Shown here: positions 1 to 10,400 of the stretch, one piece after another | How positions within the stretch are numbered: position 1 is the stretch's first letter | Layout of the letters: each line of letters begins with the position of its first letter | From: a virus | Length of the DNA: 64,000 bases | Direction: 5' to 3' (one strand) | IMG/VR virus record: IMGVR_UViG_3300031658_000002 | Location: 1-64,000 of that record | The notes under the pieces: generated by a model | The model's database searches: none | What the model was told of the DNA's origin: nothing | The model's input: the letters and a program-made list of their open reading frames with translations, nothing else | Translations under genes and position numbers: made by a program

Positions 1-362
1 TCGGTTGCATCCTTTGTTTCAGAAGCTATTGTATATGGGCCTTTTGGTGCGCCTTTCCAATAATCTAGTGTTGATACACTAGCTAATTGCTCTGTCCCTG
101 GTGATTTCAACCAAACAGAAGACTCAGTGATGAGCTTATCGCCAGCAAGTATCTTGCCTATTTCAACGCAAAGTTCTTGAAAGTCTTTTGTAGGTGTACT
201 AGGGTTTGAAATACTTTTAATATATTCTGCTATGAACTCTTCAGAATATTTGTGATCTCGAAGTGTTGCCTCGAGTAACTCAAGATGGTTTCTATTTTTT
301 GGATCAGGCATTCCATCGTTAACTCTGTAGGCCCAATCTGTGATTAAATAATTTATGTCCAT
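1..362 (-). CDS. Hypothetical protein, runs off the window edge (MDINYLITDWAYRVNDGMPDPKNRNHLELLEATL...), possibly a head-associated/internal protein
   Basis: Not in the ORF track; read by hand from ATG at 362. AAAGGA SD and TATTTATA motif upstream; contains an LITE (L/I-x-E) site. Confidence 0.75.
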   Translation of the reverse strand, partial: MDINYLITDWAYRVNDGMPDPKNRNHLELLEATLRDHKYSEEFIAEYIKSISNPSTPTKDFQELCVEIGKILAGDKLITESSVWLKSPGTEQLASVSTLDYWKGAPKGPYTIASETKDAT

Positions 363-379
363 AGTATTCCTTTTATCTA

Positions 380-387
380 TATAAATA
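380..387 (-). promoter_or_regulatory. Putative late promoter motif TATTTATA (context GATATTTATATA)
   Basis: One of 17 copies found just upstream of minus-strand genes. Confidence 0.65.
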
Positions 388-392
388 TCAAA

Positions 393-1403
393 TTAAAGGT
401 CCAAAGACCTCATATTGTGATAATCTCTGCCTATCTTAAGCTTAGTAGGATAAACCATTAGTTTCTTTATCTCCTTAAGAAGTTCCTTCCCATCATCCGA
501 ACTAACGTCAAATACAAATGCATCGTATACATAGAGAACCATCTTACTAAATTTGTTTTCTAGCATAGCTAAAATGTTTTTTAGATTTTCAGAATTCTTT
601 TCTGTTTCGAAAGCTTGTATAAAGTAGTTGAATAATTTTTGAGGATTCATATCCTTAAAGTTTCTTTTATAAAACCTACGCTTTAAAATTGGTGTTTCTA
701 TATAACCTTTACTATTATAAATATCCCATAACTTAAAAATATATTCGTTAGTCTTTTTAAAATAATCGATGTGTAAAAACTCTTTTGGTATACCTCCATA
801 AAGTATTTGGAAGCTTAATTTTTTAGAGTCATTGTATTGTTCATCTGTAAGATTATCGGTATCAAAGTAAAGTGCACCTAGATATCTATGAAAACTACCT
901 TCTGGCTGTTTTACTCCAATCAATTCTGCTATAAGTCTCAAATGATACGCATCATAATCAAACTCTGCAAGTATTCCGCCTGGATATCTGCTTATATATT
1001 TTGATCTTGTGCCATCTTCTTTATTCAATGCTGCATAATTTGTGCCTTTGTTAGAATTCGAAGGCCTTCCTGTCGAAGTAAAAAGATTATATCTAGTGTA
1101 TTCAGGGCCCGCTTCAGTCCAAAAGCCGCTTTGTTCAATTTTTCTAAAAGTACTAACAACATTATCATTATATGATTGAATCATGGTTTCAGGTACATCA
1201 GGAATCGCATGCGAGATAGCGTCTAGATGATCGATTTCTTCTCTGATCTTGCTTTCAGGTATTATATCATATATGTTATATCTGTTGCTGTATAACCTTT
1301 TATAGAATGTATTTATTGGAGGATCTAAAGTCGATTCGTCTATAGATTTGTTGTTGTGCAGGTAGTGTTTTATCTGCAGTTTATTTCGAAGTTCAGTTAA
1401 CAT
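393..1403 (-). CDS. polA: Minimal family A DNA polymerase (polymerase domain only)
   Basis: TSTGRPS, motif A EFDYDAYHLRL, motif B SKKLSFQILYGG, FNYFIQAFE, motif C LYVYDAFVFD; no recognisable exonuclease domain. Confidence 0.8.
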   Translation of the reverse strand: MLTELRNKLQIKHYLHNNKSIDESTLDPPINTFYKRLYSNRYNIYDIIPESKIREEIDHLDAISHAIPDVPETMIQSYNDNVVSTFRKIEQSGFWTEAGPEYTRYNLFTSTGRPSNSNKGTNYAALNKEDGTRSKYISRYPGGILAEFDYDAYHLRLIAELIGVKQPEGSFHRYLGALYFDTDNLTDEQYNDSKKLSFQILYGGIPKEFLHIDYFKKTNEYIFKLWDIYNSKGYIETPILKRRFYKRNFKDMNPQKLFNYFIQAFETEKNSENLKNILAMLENKFSKMVLYVYDAFVFDVSSDDGKELLKEIKKLMVYPTKLKIGRDYHNMRSLDL

Positions 1404-1404
1404 G

Positions 1405-1439
1405 TATCTAATATAACAAAATTATATGATATATGAAAA
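1405..1439 (-). promoter_or_regulatory. Putative early/middle promoter TTTTCATAT-N10-TTTGTTATATTAGATA abutting the polA ATG
   Basis: Same bipartite motif at identical spacing upstream of bS21 (22165-22199); core also before primase (47521-47536); TATATTAG resembles the Bacteroidota -7 element TAnnTTTG. Confidence 0.6.
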
Positions 1440-2294
1440 TTATGGGAGTTTTATTTTTGGCTTGTAATATAAGTCGACACCACCATCTGTCAAGTATTTA
1501 GCACACCAGTATTCTTCCCTTGCTTCAGCATCCCACTTTTTACAGAACCCTTCTTCGAAAAATCTGCAACCTCCGCAATCCTGTCTAGGAGGTATTATCT
1601 TGTTAAGCTGCTCTGTGTCAGAGTTGCCCAGTTGATATGACATAGGAAGAGGACCTGGTATGAAGTTATTACCTTCTTCTTCTCCATCCTTCTCTTCGTT
1701 TGCGGGATACATTCTACGGCTATCAGGGCCTACTTCTATTCCTTTAAGAAATGCTGGCCATTTCATATGATCAGTAGGTAAAACAAAGTTGCGGATTGTT
1801 CTTATAACTTGTACAGCTTTTAATATTTCTTCGTAGTTAAGCGTTATCCCAAGTGTGGAGAGCTTTAATTTTATTTCTACCCATGCAGCATTTTTATGAT
1901 AAGGTGTACTATTTTTCTTAAAGTATTTGTATTGTTCTTTATCTATCTCACAAACAGACCCTGTGTTTAATATCTCTGCAAAGTATCTAGTATACTCACC
2001 TTTTTCAATTTCTTTTTCTGTAAGTTTGTGAGCAAAAGGCACGGGTTCTATAAAGTCTCTACGGTACTCAGGCTTCAGCTCATCATATAATATCACAGCT
2101 TTCGACATATCGTATGGGTAGAGTTTCATTTCCTTCTGAGTTTTCTTGTTCATCTCCTCACCACCAAATGGTGTACCTACATAAAATACTATAGGGCCAA
2201 TATACTCTTTAAACTCACCTTCGCGGATTTTTATCATCCACTCCTCGCCGGCTGTGAAACCTTTTTTTATATATTTCTTTTTATATACTCTCAT
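1440..2294 (-). CDS. Hypothetical protein with C-terminal four-Cys (HiPIP-like) motif
   Basis: Likely start is ATG 2294 (TAATG overlap with the upstream stop) rather than 2330; C-terminal CGGC-x7-C-x12-C. Confidence 0.6.
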   Translation of the reverse strand: MRVYKKKYIKKGFTAGEEWMIKIREGEFKEYIGPIVFYVGTPFGGEEMNKKTQKEMKLYPYDMSKAVILYDELKPEYRRDFIEPVPFAHKLTEKEIEKGEYTRYFAEILNTGSVCEIDKEQYKYFKKNSTPYHKNAAWVEIKLKLSTLGITLNYEEILKAVQVIRTIRNFVLPTDHMKWPAFLKGIEVGPDSRRMYPANEEKDGEEEGNNFIPGPLPMSYQLGNSDTEQLNKIIPPRQDCGGCRFFEEGFCKKWDAEAREEYWCAKYLTDGGVDLYYKPKIKLP

Positions 2295-4285
2295 TATATC
2301 CTCAACGCAGTTTCTAAACTCGTTGTCCAATCACCTTGACTTACTGAATGTTTGACTCCAGTTACTTGGAACTTGTGCGTTACAGTAATTACTGCAGATG
2401 TCTGATCGGTCACGAAGAGCTGTCCCCAATGTATACCTCCTATACCATCAAAAGTTCCATCAAACCCAATAGGTATTACAGAACCTCCTTGATCAGTGGG
2501 TGGCGCTTGAGCATTCCAGAAAGCTTTCATAGCACCTTTAACTTCGTCGACAGCCTCATCATCTCTGTTGTCAGCTAGTGTTGCCATTGCATCTTGTAGG
2601 ACTGTCTTTAAATCAGCAGGATCTAGAGTTTTAGTCTTCTTAGTACCACCTCCCGATTCGTCGCATCCCTCGCCTGGATTATGTTTTGTACTTAACTCTT
2701 GCTCTCCCATTAAAGTGTCTTTTATATTTACTGCATAGTCAAGATATGCACCTTGAGGCTCATCTGTATTTTTCGCACCTTTTTTCGTCCTTCTCTGTGT
2801 ACCCATCATTATAGAATGTCTTAATGCCTGTGGAATATCAGTGCTCATCCCCCAGCTACGACAAGACGTATTGCCATATATGTTTATCTTTGGTGCAGCG
2901 ACGTCAGGTACAAAGTTTTTATCTATTATTCTCATCGTTGATGGATCATTTGGATCATCTACTAGTTCTAGATTCCAAAACCCTCCACAGACATCGTTGA
3001 CTTTTTTCGCAACCTTTAATACGTATTCATCTATTGTTTTAGAATCTTGAAACGTGTTCCAAAGAAAATATGTATTAAGAAGTATTTTACCTAAGTGTAG
3101 ATAACCACCGCTGAAAACAGCTGCTGGTGCACCATTAGTTCCTTGTGCTTTCTTGATACCGAACGAAGAGCCATTATCACCGCCTGTTGCGTTGTTCCCT
3201 TTCCAATGCTCTCTGCCTGGGATAAGACAAACCCAAGGATCTGCTGAAGCGTATGGCAGCCCTGGAGGAACTTTCATTCTTGATTCTGAACTATCCAATC
3301 TCCACACGTGTTTTCCTGGGAATTTTGCCTGAGGTGTATCTCCGTATACATCTGTTAATGCTGACGCTGCGGAGTGACCATCACTTACAGGTGACATACC
3401 TGATACTATAGAAGACTCCCACCATGCCCAGGTTACATAGTAATTCATTGTTGGAGAACCAAAAAACCCTGTAACATCTTGCCACCAGGTGGTGTCTTCT
3501 TTCGCATCTTCGTCTAAGTTTACAGAGCCACCGCAATAACCGTTAGGTGACCAAGGTGTATTTTCTTGTATATTTCTTTCTGCTACATCTTTTAGTACTA
3601 CTTTCATCCAATTTCCAGAACCGTCACCTTTATCATCATCTTCTTTTCCAGCGCAGCCTGCATTACCTTTGTTTGCAACATCAATAGGGCCGCTAATGTA
3701 CGCCTTGCCTGGAGAATCTAATGTCAATTCGCAGGAGTAAGATTTAGAGCCCGGGTCAAATGACCAATTGAAGTCTGATATTATTCCTAGCATTGCATCC
3801 ATACCACCATTATTTGCTGCTATCTTTGCAACTACATCCTTCTGACCTTCACTAAAGCTCTTTATTGAAGTCGTGGAAAGTCTAGTCACAGGACTGCCGT
3901 CACTTGTCATATTCCAGCCCCACTGTACTAGTGCTGTAATACCCGGTATGAAGAATGCTTGCTGAGCCTCTTTCAATTGGTCTGTTGAATATAGTGTAAA
4001 TTTAACTTTACCTTTTCTCATAGATCCATTAGTACCAGTCGAGTTGACATCAACTGAATTTAATGTGGGTGCTGCCACTAATCTACCAGATGCGGCTTTA
4101 TCGTAAAAATCTGCTTGTGTTCTTTTCTCGTATCCTGCTATTGTCATAGGTTTGCTAGAAAAAGATACTAACGACATCCAGGGTTTTTTAGAAACTTTCC
4201 AAGCACTGTTCGGGGAAACTGCCCCTCTAGCATTTATTTCAGTTACGGAAGCGGCAGGCATCGATACACCAGTTAAATAACTCAT
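2294..4285 (-). CDS. Baseplate hub protein (gp27/late control D-like)
   Basis: Follows tape measure, tube initiator and LysM genes; C-terminal FQVTGVKHSVSQGDWTTSLET typical of hub proteins. Confidence 0.6.
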   Translation of the reverse strand: MSYLTGVSMPAASVTEINARGAVSPNSAWKVSKKPWMSLVSFSSKPMTIAGYEKRTQADFYDKAASGRLVAAPTLNSVDVNSTGTNGSMRKGKVKFTLYSTDQLKEAQQAFFIPGITALVQWGWNMTSDGSPVTRLSTTSIKSFSEGQKDVVAKIAANNGGMDAMLGIISDFNWSFDPGSKSYSCELTLDSPGKAYISGPIDVANKGNAGCAGKEDDDKGDGSGNWMKVVLKDVAERNIQENTPWSPNGYCGGSVNLDEDAKEDTTWWQDVTGFFGSPTMNYYVTWAWWESSIVSGMSPVSDGHSAASALTDVYGDTPQAKFPGKHVWRLDSSESRMKVPPGLPYASADPWVCLIPGREHWKGNNATGGDNGSSFGIKKAQGTNGAPAAVFSGGYLHLGKILLNTYFLWNTFQDSKTIDEYVLKVAKKVNDVCGGFWNLELVDDPNDPSTMRIIDKNFVPDVAAPKINIYGNTSCRSWGMSTDIPQALRHSIMMGTQRRTKKGAKNTDEPQGAYLDYAVNIKDTLMGEQELSTKHNPGEGCDESGGGTKKTKTLDPADLKTVLQDAMATLADNRDDEAVDEVKGAMKAFWNAQAPPTDQGGSVIPIGFDGTFDGIGGIHWGQLFVTDQTSAVITVTHKFQVTGVKHSVSQGDWTTSLETALRI

Positions 4286-4656
4286 ATATTGCGCTCTTCC
4301 AGCATTTTGTTGTAATCATCTATAATCTCAGGTATTCTATCAGGATGCGGTATTCTTATCCTCTGGCCTGGTTTTACGTACATAGACCCTTTGCCAATTC
4401 CTTCTTTCATACTCTTAGTTATACCATATTGAGATGCTCTGTCAAGCTTGTTTCCATTTGCTATCACCCACCAAAGAGTTACATCTTCATAATATTGGTA
4501 CGCTAAATTATCTAATCTGTCTTCCTGTATAATATCTATATAAAAATCTTCAACGCGTCTTTCTATCTTAGGATATATTATTGTCGAAAATACTTTTTTT
4601 ATCTTGCCGTTAAACCTTTCGGTCATCTTTGTTTGATTTTGATTATATCGTTTCAT
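4282..4656 (-). CDS. LysM/tail-X-like baseplate protein (gp53-like)
   Basis: EDRLDNLAYQYYEDVTLWWVIANGN...PGQRIRIP LysM-type signature. Confidence 0.8.
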   Translation of the reverse strand: MKRYNQNQTKMTERFNGKIKKVFSTIIYPKIERRVEDFYIDIIQEDRLDNLAYQYYEDVTLWWVIANGNKLDRASQYGITKSMKEGIGKGSMYVKPGQRIRIPHPDRIPEIIDDYNKMLEERNI

Positions 4657-4659
4657 TTT

Positions 4660-7431
4660 TTATGCCCAAATTTCATCGTTAAAGAATTTACCTCCTGACT
4701 GCCAAATTGTTCCATCTGCGTTAACTAAGAACTTACCAGATAGTTTTATGTCGAATAACATTGGCAATTCGTGGCCTGATGTTTCTTTGCCGTCACCATG
4801 ATTTATATCCCAACCTGCGTCCAAATTCACTGTGTAGTCAAATGAATCTACGATACAAGGTACTTCCTGCCAGAGCGAACCGACAGTAATATTCTGTATT
4901 CTACCTCCACCTACACCACTGTACATCTTGGGAGATACGTAGCCCATAATATCATTCATAATTTTATAATTATTCTTTAATTCTCCAGATGTAAATGCTG
5001 GCATAGTAAGACTCAAGCTCCATTCCCTGGATATTTTGTCGAACATATACGCATCAACAGGGTTACCTGCATAAGATATTGTTGAATATGTCGGCTTAAG
5101 GCCATCTGATATTTCTGTAATATATGCACGAAGTGCAATATCGCTATTAAATCTAATTTTTACATAGTCACTATCATAATTAGTATCGTCTTCTGATTCA
5201 CCTGGCTTTGTAACACCGTAGTCTTTTATACCTATCCTTGATACTGAATTTCCATCGTAAGAATCTCCATCATCTTTCTTTCTAAAATCCCTAAATGCTT
5301 TTGGAGCTCTTCTGTAGTTACCTATGTCTACGTGACCGAATACATCAAATGTCTTATCGCCGCTACCTGGTGCTATTTCTCCGCTGTTTGGTAGTGACGT
5401 ATGAAACAGTTCATCTCCTGTGTTTCGCTTAGCGGTTGGAGCTCCTTTGTTATCTGCATCTGTTCCGAACTTAGATTGATCAAAGCTTTCAAGATCAGGG
5501 TTTCCATACTTGTCATCTCCAGCATCGTTCCCAATCTTATCGTGTATTTCGTCGTAATTTCTTGTTGTATATTTTCCAGTGTTTACTCCTGCTGGATCTA
5601 TATTACCTAAGCTTGATGGGAAACCTTTCCAACTGTCCGGTGTGTCTTGCACAGATGTCTGATAGCCATTGTCGCCTTTGAATGTGAGTATACCTAAAGA
5701 AAGATCTTCATTTTCTTCACCTTTTTGAGCCTCAGATACTTTGCCATCGTCGTAGTGAGTTGTTGCTTTTTGTTTATAGTAAGGTTCCCCTGGAGTATAT
5801 AGGAATAAGCTTTCTAATCTTCTACCAGATGTATGTTTGTACATTGTAGATTGGCCGATACCAAAGAAAGAATGGGGGCCCATCACACCTGAAAGTCTTT
5901 TTATGGGCTCGCCTTTACCTCTCATCTTAGCCATCATAGTTGTAAACTTAGTGTACAGCATTTCTAAGCCTTTTAACTTCTGAGGCATTAAACCTTTTTT
6001 AGGATTCTTAAACAATCCAACCTCCATATCTTCACCTAGTTTAACAAGTCTATTACTATCACCGGGGCTTGAAGGGTTTAGATTTTCTATTGATCCTACT
6101 ATCTTTTCGTAAGTTATATCTCTAGTGTTTAACTGGCCCAAGAAATGTCTGTCGCCGTGTATACCTAAAGCGCTTAACGGAACTTGTAGGGCTAGAGCTA
6201 AGGGATTGTATATTCTATCAGCATTTGGCAGACCTAGTTGCCAAAACTGTTTTTTAGGGTTTGTTGCCTGAAGTCCGAATTGCTTTAGGTTGAAAAATAA
6301 ACCATCTGGACTTATCATATACTTCGCTATTCTTACAGCATCAATTACAGGTGCTGTTAATGCGTTTATTCTTTCAAACAAGCCTGATGGATTATCCTTA
6401 CCTCTCTGTATACCTCGCTGTATAAACGGAGATTTAAGCCACAATGGAGATCTTGGGTTATTTCTTTCAGCTTCAGTGCGTATATCTACAAAATCGTTTT
6501 TACCTACTTTCTTATAAAACATATCAGCCTGATCGTTAGATATTCTCATACTTCTAATGTTATCAGTTACTCCTGCAGGTACAGAGTCATTTCCAGTCCA
6601 GGGATCATCAGTAGGTCTTACTCTTGCAAAATACTTATTATATTGTAATCTTGTAAATGTACTTGATGATCCACCTTGTGGAAGTGTTTCACTAAACATA
6701 AATTTAGAAGTACCATCGCGCTTATCAGGCTGTGGGTCAATCTGTAAAAAGCCTGATGTCATATTGTTCATATGATTGATTTTTGGAGAACCTTGTGCAG
6801 AAAATATAGGTGTTCTATCACTTGGGCCTAGACTTGCAAAGAGCTCTAAAAGAGCTGTCATCTTTTCCGGTGTCTTAGCCATAGGCATTAAAGGATTTTG
6901 AGTAGACTTTAACGGTGTTTCGGCCATAGGAGTCAAGGGGATTGCTGTTGATTTTCCTGGCGTAGCACCAAAAGGTCTTGGTGGTACTGTTGATTTTTCT
7001 GGTGTGCTACCAAATGGTCTAGGTGATATTGTTGATTTTTCAGGTGTACCAACCAAGGGAGTAATAGGATTTTGAGTACTATAATCAACGCCATTCTGAT
7101 CCATGTTAGGCTCTTGAGTAGAAAAATCTATAGACTTATCAAATGGCTTTGGTGACTGAGTAGAAAAGTCTACTTTGTTCTGGTCTGTATTTATTTTTTG
7201 AGTAGAAAAGTCTACTTTATTCTGCTTTGTATTTATTTTTTGAGTAGAAAAGTCTGTCTGCTTTTGATCTGTATTTATCTCTTGTGTCGGGGATTCATCT
7301 CGCTGACTAAACTGCTGCTGTATGGGTTTGGGTGTAAATTTGCCCAATGGGTTTACACTAGTCCCTACAGGCTGCTTGTTTTTCTCGCTCTGTAAAAAGT
7401 ATTGTTCTAGATTTTTAAATTTGAATGCCAT
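4660..7431 (-). CDS. Baseplate/tail tube initiator (gp48/gp54-like C-terminal domain) with long repetitive N-terminus
   Basis: C-terminal LRAYITEISD...YAGNPVDAY...REWSLSL...ITVGSLW...ELPM tube-like domain; position between tape measure and LysM genes. Confidence 0.55.
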   Translation of the reverse strand: MAFKFKNLEQYFLQSEKNKQPVGTSVNPLGKFTPKPIQQQFSQRDESPTQEINTDQKQTDFSTQKINTKQNKVDFSTQKINTDQNKVDFSTQSPKPFDKSIDFSTQEPNMDQNGVDYSTQNPITPLVGTPEKSTISPRPFGSTPEKSTVPPRPFGATPGKSTAIPLTPMAETPLKSTQNPLMPMAKTPEKMTALLELFASLGPSDRTPIFSAQGSPKINHMNNMTSGFLQIDPQPDKRDGTSKFMFSETLPQGGSSSTFTRLQYNKYFARVRPTDDPWTGNDSVPAGVTDNIRSMRISNDQADMFYKKVGKNDFVDIRTEAERNNPRSPLWLKSPFIQRGIQRGKDNPSGLFERINALTAPVIDAVRIAKYMISPDGLFFNLKQFGLQATNPKKQFWQLGLPNADRIYNPLALALQVPLSALGIHGDRHFLGQLNTRDITYEKIVGSIENLNPSSPGDSNRLVKLGEDMEVGLFKNPKKGLMPQKLKGLEMLYTKFTTMMAKMRGKGEPIKRLSGVMGPHSFFGIGQSTMYKHTSGRRLESLFLYTPGEPYYKQKATTHYDDGKVSEAQKGEENEDLSLGILTFKGDNGYQTSVQDTPDSWKGFPSSLGNIDPAGVNTGKYTTRNYDEIHDKIGNDAGDDKYGNPDLESFDQSKFGTDADNKGAPTAKRNTGDELFHTSLPNSGEIAPGSGDKTFDVFGHVDIGNYRRAPKAFRDFRKKDDGDSYDGNSVSRIGIKDYGVTKPGESEDDTNYDSDYVKIRFNSDIALRAYITEISDGLKPTYSTISYAGNPVDAYMFDKISREWSLSLTMPAFTSGELKNNYKIMNDIMGYVSPKMYSGVGGGRIQNITVGSLWQEVPCIVDSFDYTVNLDAGWDINHGDGKETSGHELPMLFDIKLSGKFLVNADGTIWQSGGKFFNDEIWA
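6850..7290 (-). repeat. Coding tandem repeats: 42-bp/14-aa units (DFSTQKINTxQNKV) followed by 13-14-aa PEKST/Pro-rich units
   Basis: gagta core at 7074, 7116, 7158, 7200 and 7242 (42-bp period; full gagtagaaaagtc at the last three). Confidence 0.85.
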
Positions 7432-7432
7432 A

Positions 7433-10400
7433 TTATCCTCCTATAGGTCCTGATGCTAGTTGAATTACTTTACCTACTTCTTTTCCATCCATAACCACCT
7501 TACCTCCTGCTCTTATAACAGATATAAGCTCATCAAGCTTATTGATAATTTCTTCGTTTCCTTTATCTTTCGTGTCCCCTTCTGAAGTTTTTGATTCACC
7601 TCCACCTCCTTCCATCCCAAATAAACCTAGTGACCCAAGCTTATCAAGTACTGGCATAAGAGGTACCAATAATAATAATGATGCAGCAAATAACGTTAAC
7701 GCTCCTGCCATAAGTGTAAATCCAAGCGCTCCAGGAATTAAAACTATCCCCGCAAGACCTAACGCTGCTGTTCCTGTTGCAAAACCTAGAACATCTAAAC
7801 CTTCAGGTATCAAGCCTAGAGATTGAGCGTATTGAGGTAGTACTGCAGAAATTGCAGCCAAACCTAATGTACCCATCAATATAGCACCAAACATCATTCC
7901 CATCCCGGCTACTGCAGCTGCGATTAAACCTAAGCCAATTGAGAATGGTATTATTGCTGCTGGGTCAATACCTGTTAAACCGCCTAGCGCTTCTGCAGCA
8001 GGTGCGATTGCCATTCCTAAAGCTTGGGCTGACATTGCACCTAATAAAATAAATGGCAACATAAGCCCCATACCTGCAACAGCTGCTCCAATTAAACCTA
8101 AGCCAATTGAGAATGGTATTATTGCAGCTGGATCAACACCTGTTAAACCACTCAAAGCTTCTACAGCTGGGTTGATTGCCAAACCTAGAGCTTGTGCGGA
8201 AACTGCACCTAATAAAATAAATGGCAACATAAGCCCCATACCAGCAACTGATGCTGCAATTAAACCTAGCCCTACCCCGAATTGTATTATTGCATTACCA
8301 TCAATACCTTCCAAGCCACTTAAAGCTTCTACAGCTGGGGTAATTGCAAACCCTAGAGCATGAGCTGATAATGTACCTAGTAATATGAACGGTAGCATAA
8401 GTCCCATACCTGCAACTGCTGCTCCCATTAAAGCAAGCCCTAATGCAAATCCTATAATTGCTGCAGGGTCAACTCCTCCTAATTGCTTCATAGCCATTGC
8501 AGCTGGAATTATAGCAAGACCTAGAGCTAATAGCGCAATTGATCCCATGAGTATTGGACCTATCAAGAACCCCATACCTGCTGCTGCTAGACCAAGTATA
8601 ATTAGTGATCCAGAGAATGCTATAATTGATAGTGGGTTAACACCTTCAAGTAAGCTGAATGCGAATGCTGCTGGTATCATTGCAACACCTAATAATCCTA
8701 GTACAAGTAGACCTTTCAGTATACTTGAGAACCCTTTCCCGAGTGATTTAAGTCCTGATGCTAAAAATTTGAAGTTTGTAGCTAGCATTGCTAAAGGTAC
8801 CATACCCATAAATAATAAGAATGGTATTGAAGGTAAAGCCATTAACAAAGCAGGGCCAGCAAGTGCCAATGCTAATATACCTTTGAACGTTCCTTTACCC
8901 ATTGATCTTAAACCAGCAGCTAAATCTTGCATTTTCTTTTTTATGCCGCCTTTTTTACCACCAGCTCCAAGCTTGTCACTACTCTTCATTTGCTTCTTGC
9001 CCATATCTGCCATGTCACCAGCTTTATCTTTTCCATGACCTAATGCGCCTCCAAGTTTTGAACCTTTTAATTTATCTACAACTTTACCTCCCATACCTTT
9101 CAGTGCCGGTGCAAATCCACCTAGTGCTTTTACCCCTGAGCCTAGTAAGTTTGTAGTTGCTGCTATCGTTGTTGCGTTTTCTTTTAAGTAACCACCCATC
9201 CTAGCTGTAGTTTCCATTGCAGTTGCAGCCCAACCTGCTTGTTTTTCGCCTGATTCTGTAAGGCCTGCTGCTTTGTTTAATTGTTTTTCCAAATCAGCTG
9301 TTGTAGTATTCATTAACTCAGCTGTAGCTTTCTTCTGGAAGTAGTCCATTTTACCGAAGGCTTCCAGTCCACCTACTTGTTTAAGCATTTCTGAATAACT
9401 TTCATCTATCTTACCTTCGTACATAAGCTGCTGAGCTTTATCTACATTTACCTGGCGGCCAAGTAACACAGATAGTTCCATTGCACTTGCTCTTGCTGTA
9501 TCTATGTCCATTAACTTGTCGCCTAGTGCTGACATTTGTGAAAGGCTTGTCCCTAGCTTTCCAGCCTGAACTGCCATTGCGCCTAGCTCTTTTACAGATA
9601 TATTACCAAATTTAGATGTAAGCTCCATATTGTCAGCAACATCCTCCATTACTTTTCCTATAGGGAGGCCTGCACCACGAGCTAAATTTGAAACTACTTT
9701 CAATGTTTCTTTAGATGATTCTACTGACGAACCTTCTACAAGCTTCATATGACCAACTAACTTTCCTGCACTTACTTCTGATAACCCTGTCTGCCTTGCT
9801 ATGTTTGAAACTTGAACTATTGCGCTTGCTGAGATATCATTAAGATCTCCCATACCTTCTGCCAAACCAGCCATTGAATCTGCATTTTGTTTAGCAGATA
9901 CTCCAAATGCTGCACCTAATATATTTGCGCCTGCCATTTCTCCAGCCATTGAGGCTGTCTGAGTCCTTGACATCTTCATACTATCACCTGCAGTTGCCAT
10001 TGTATCTGCAAACTTGCTAGCCTGTCTACCCATTTCAACAATGAATAACCCTGTTGCTACTGAGGGATCTTGAATTATATCTATAAAGTCTTCAAACTTT
10101 TCTTTATACTCATCAAAATCTTTTGTTATTTCTTTCTGTCTATCTTTACGCTTCTGCATTTGCTCCAAGAGCTTATGTGAAGGGTCTAATTCTTTTTCTC
10201 TCTCAACTGCCTGGTCTCTTACAAACTTAGCTATATCTTCTTCTATGCTTGCTCTTTGGTCTGCGATTGCTGATGCTTGTAGATCTAGTTGGTATGATTT
10301 ATTTTTTGTAAGTGCTATTCTTTTGAGTGCATCGCTAGTTGCTTCGACAGAAGCTACTCTAGCATTGTCTACTGTCAATAAAAGTTTAGACTTTTGGAGT

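Noticed and set aside
7074-7290. 42-bp periodic repeats as a possible CRISPR array
   Set aside because: The period is in frame inside a CDS, there are no unique spacers, and no cas genes are present
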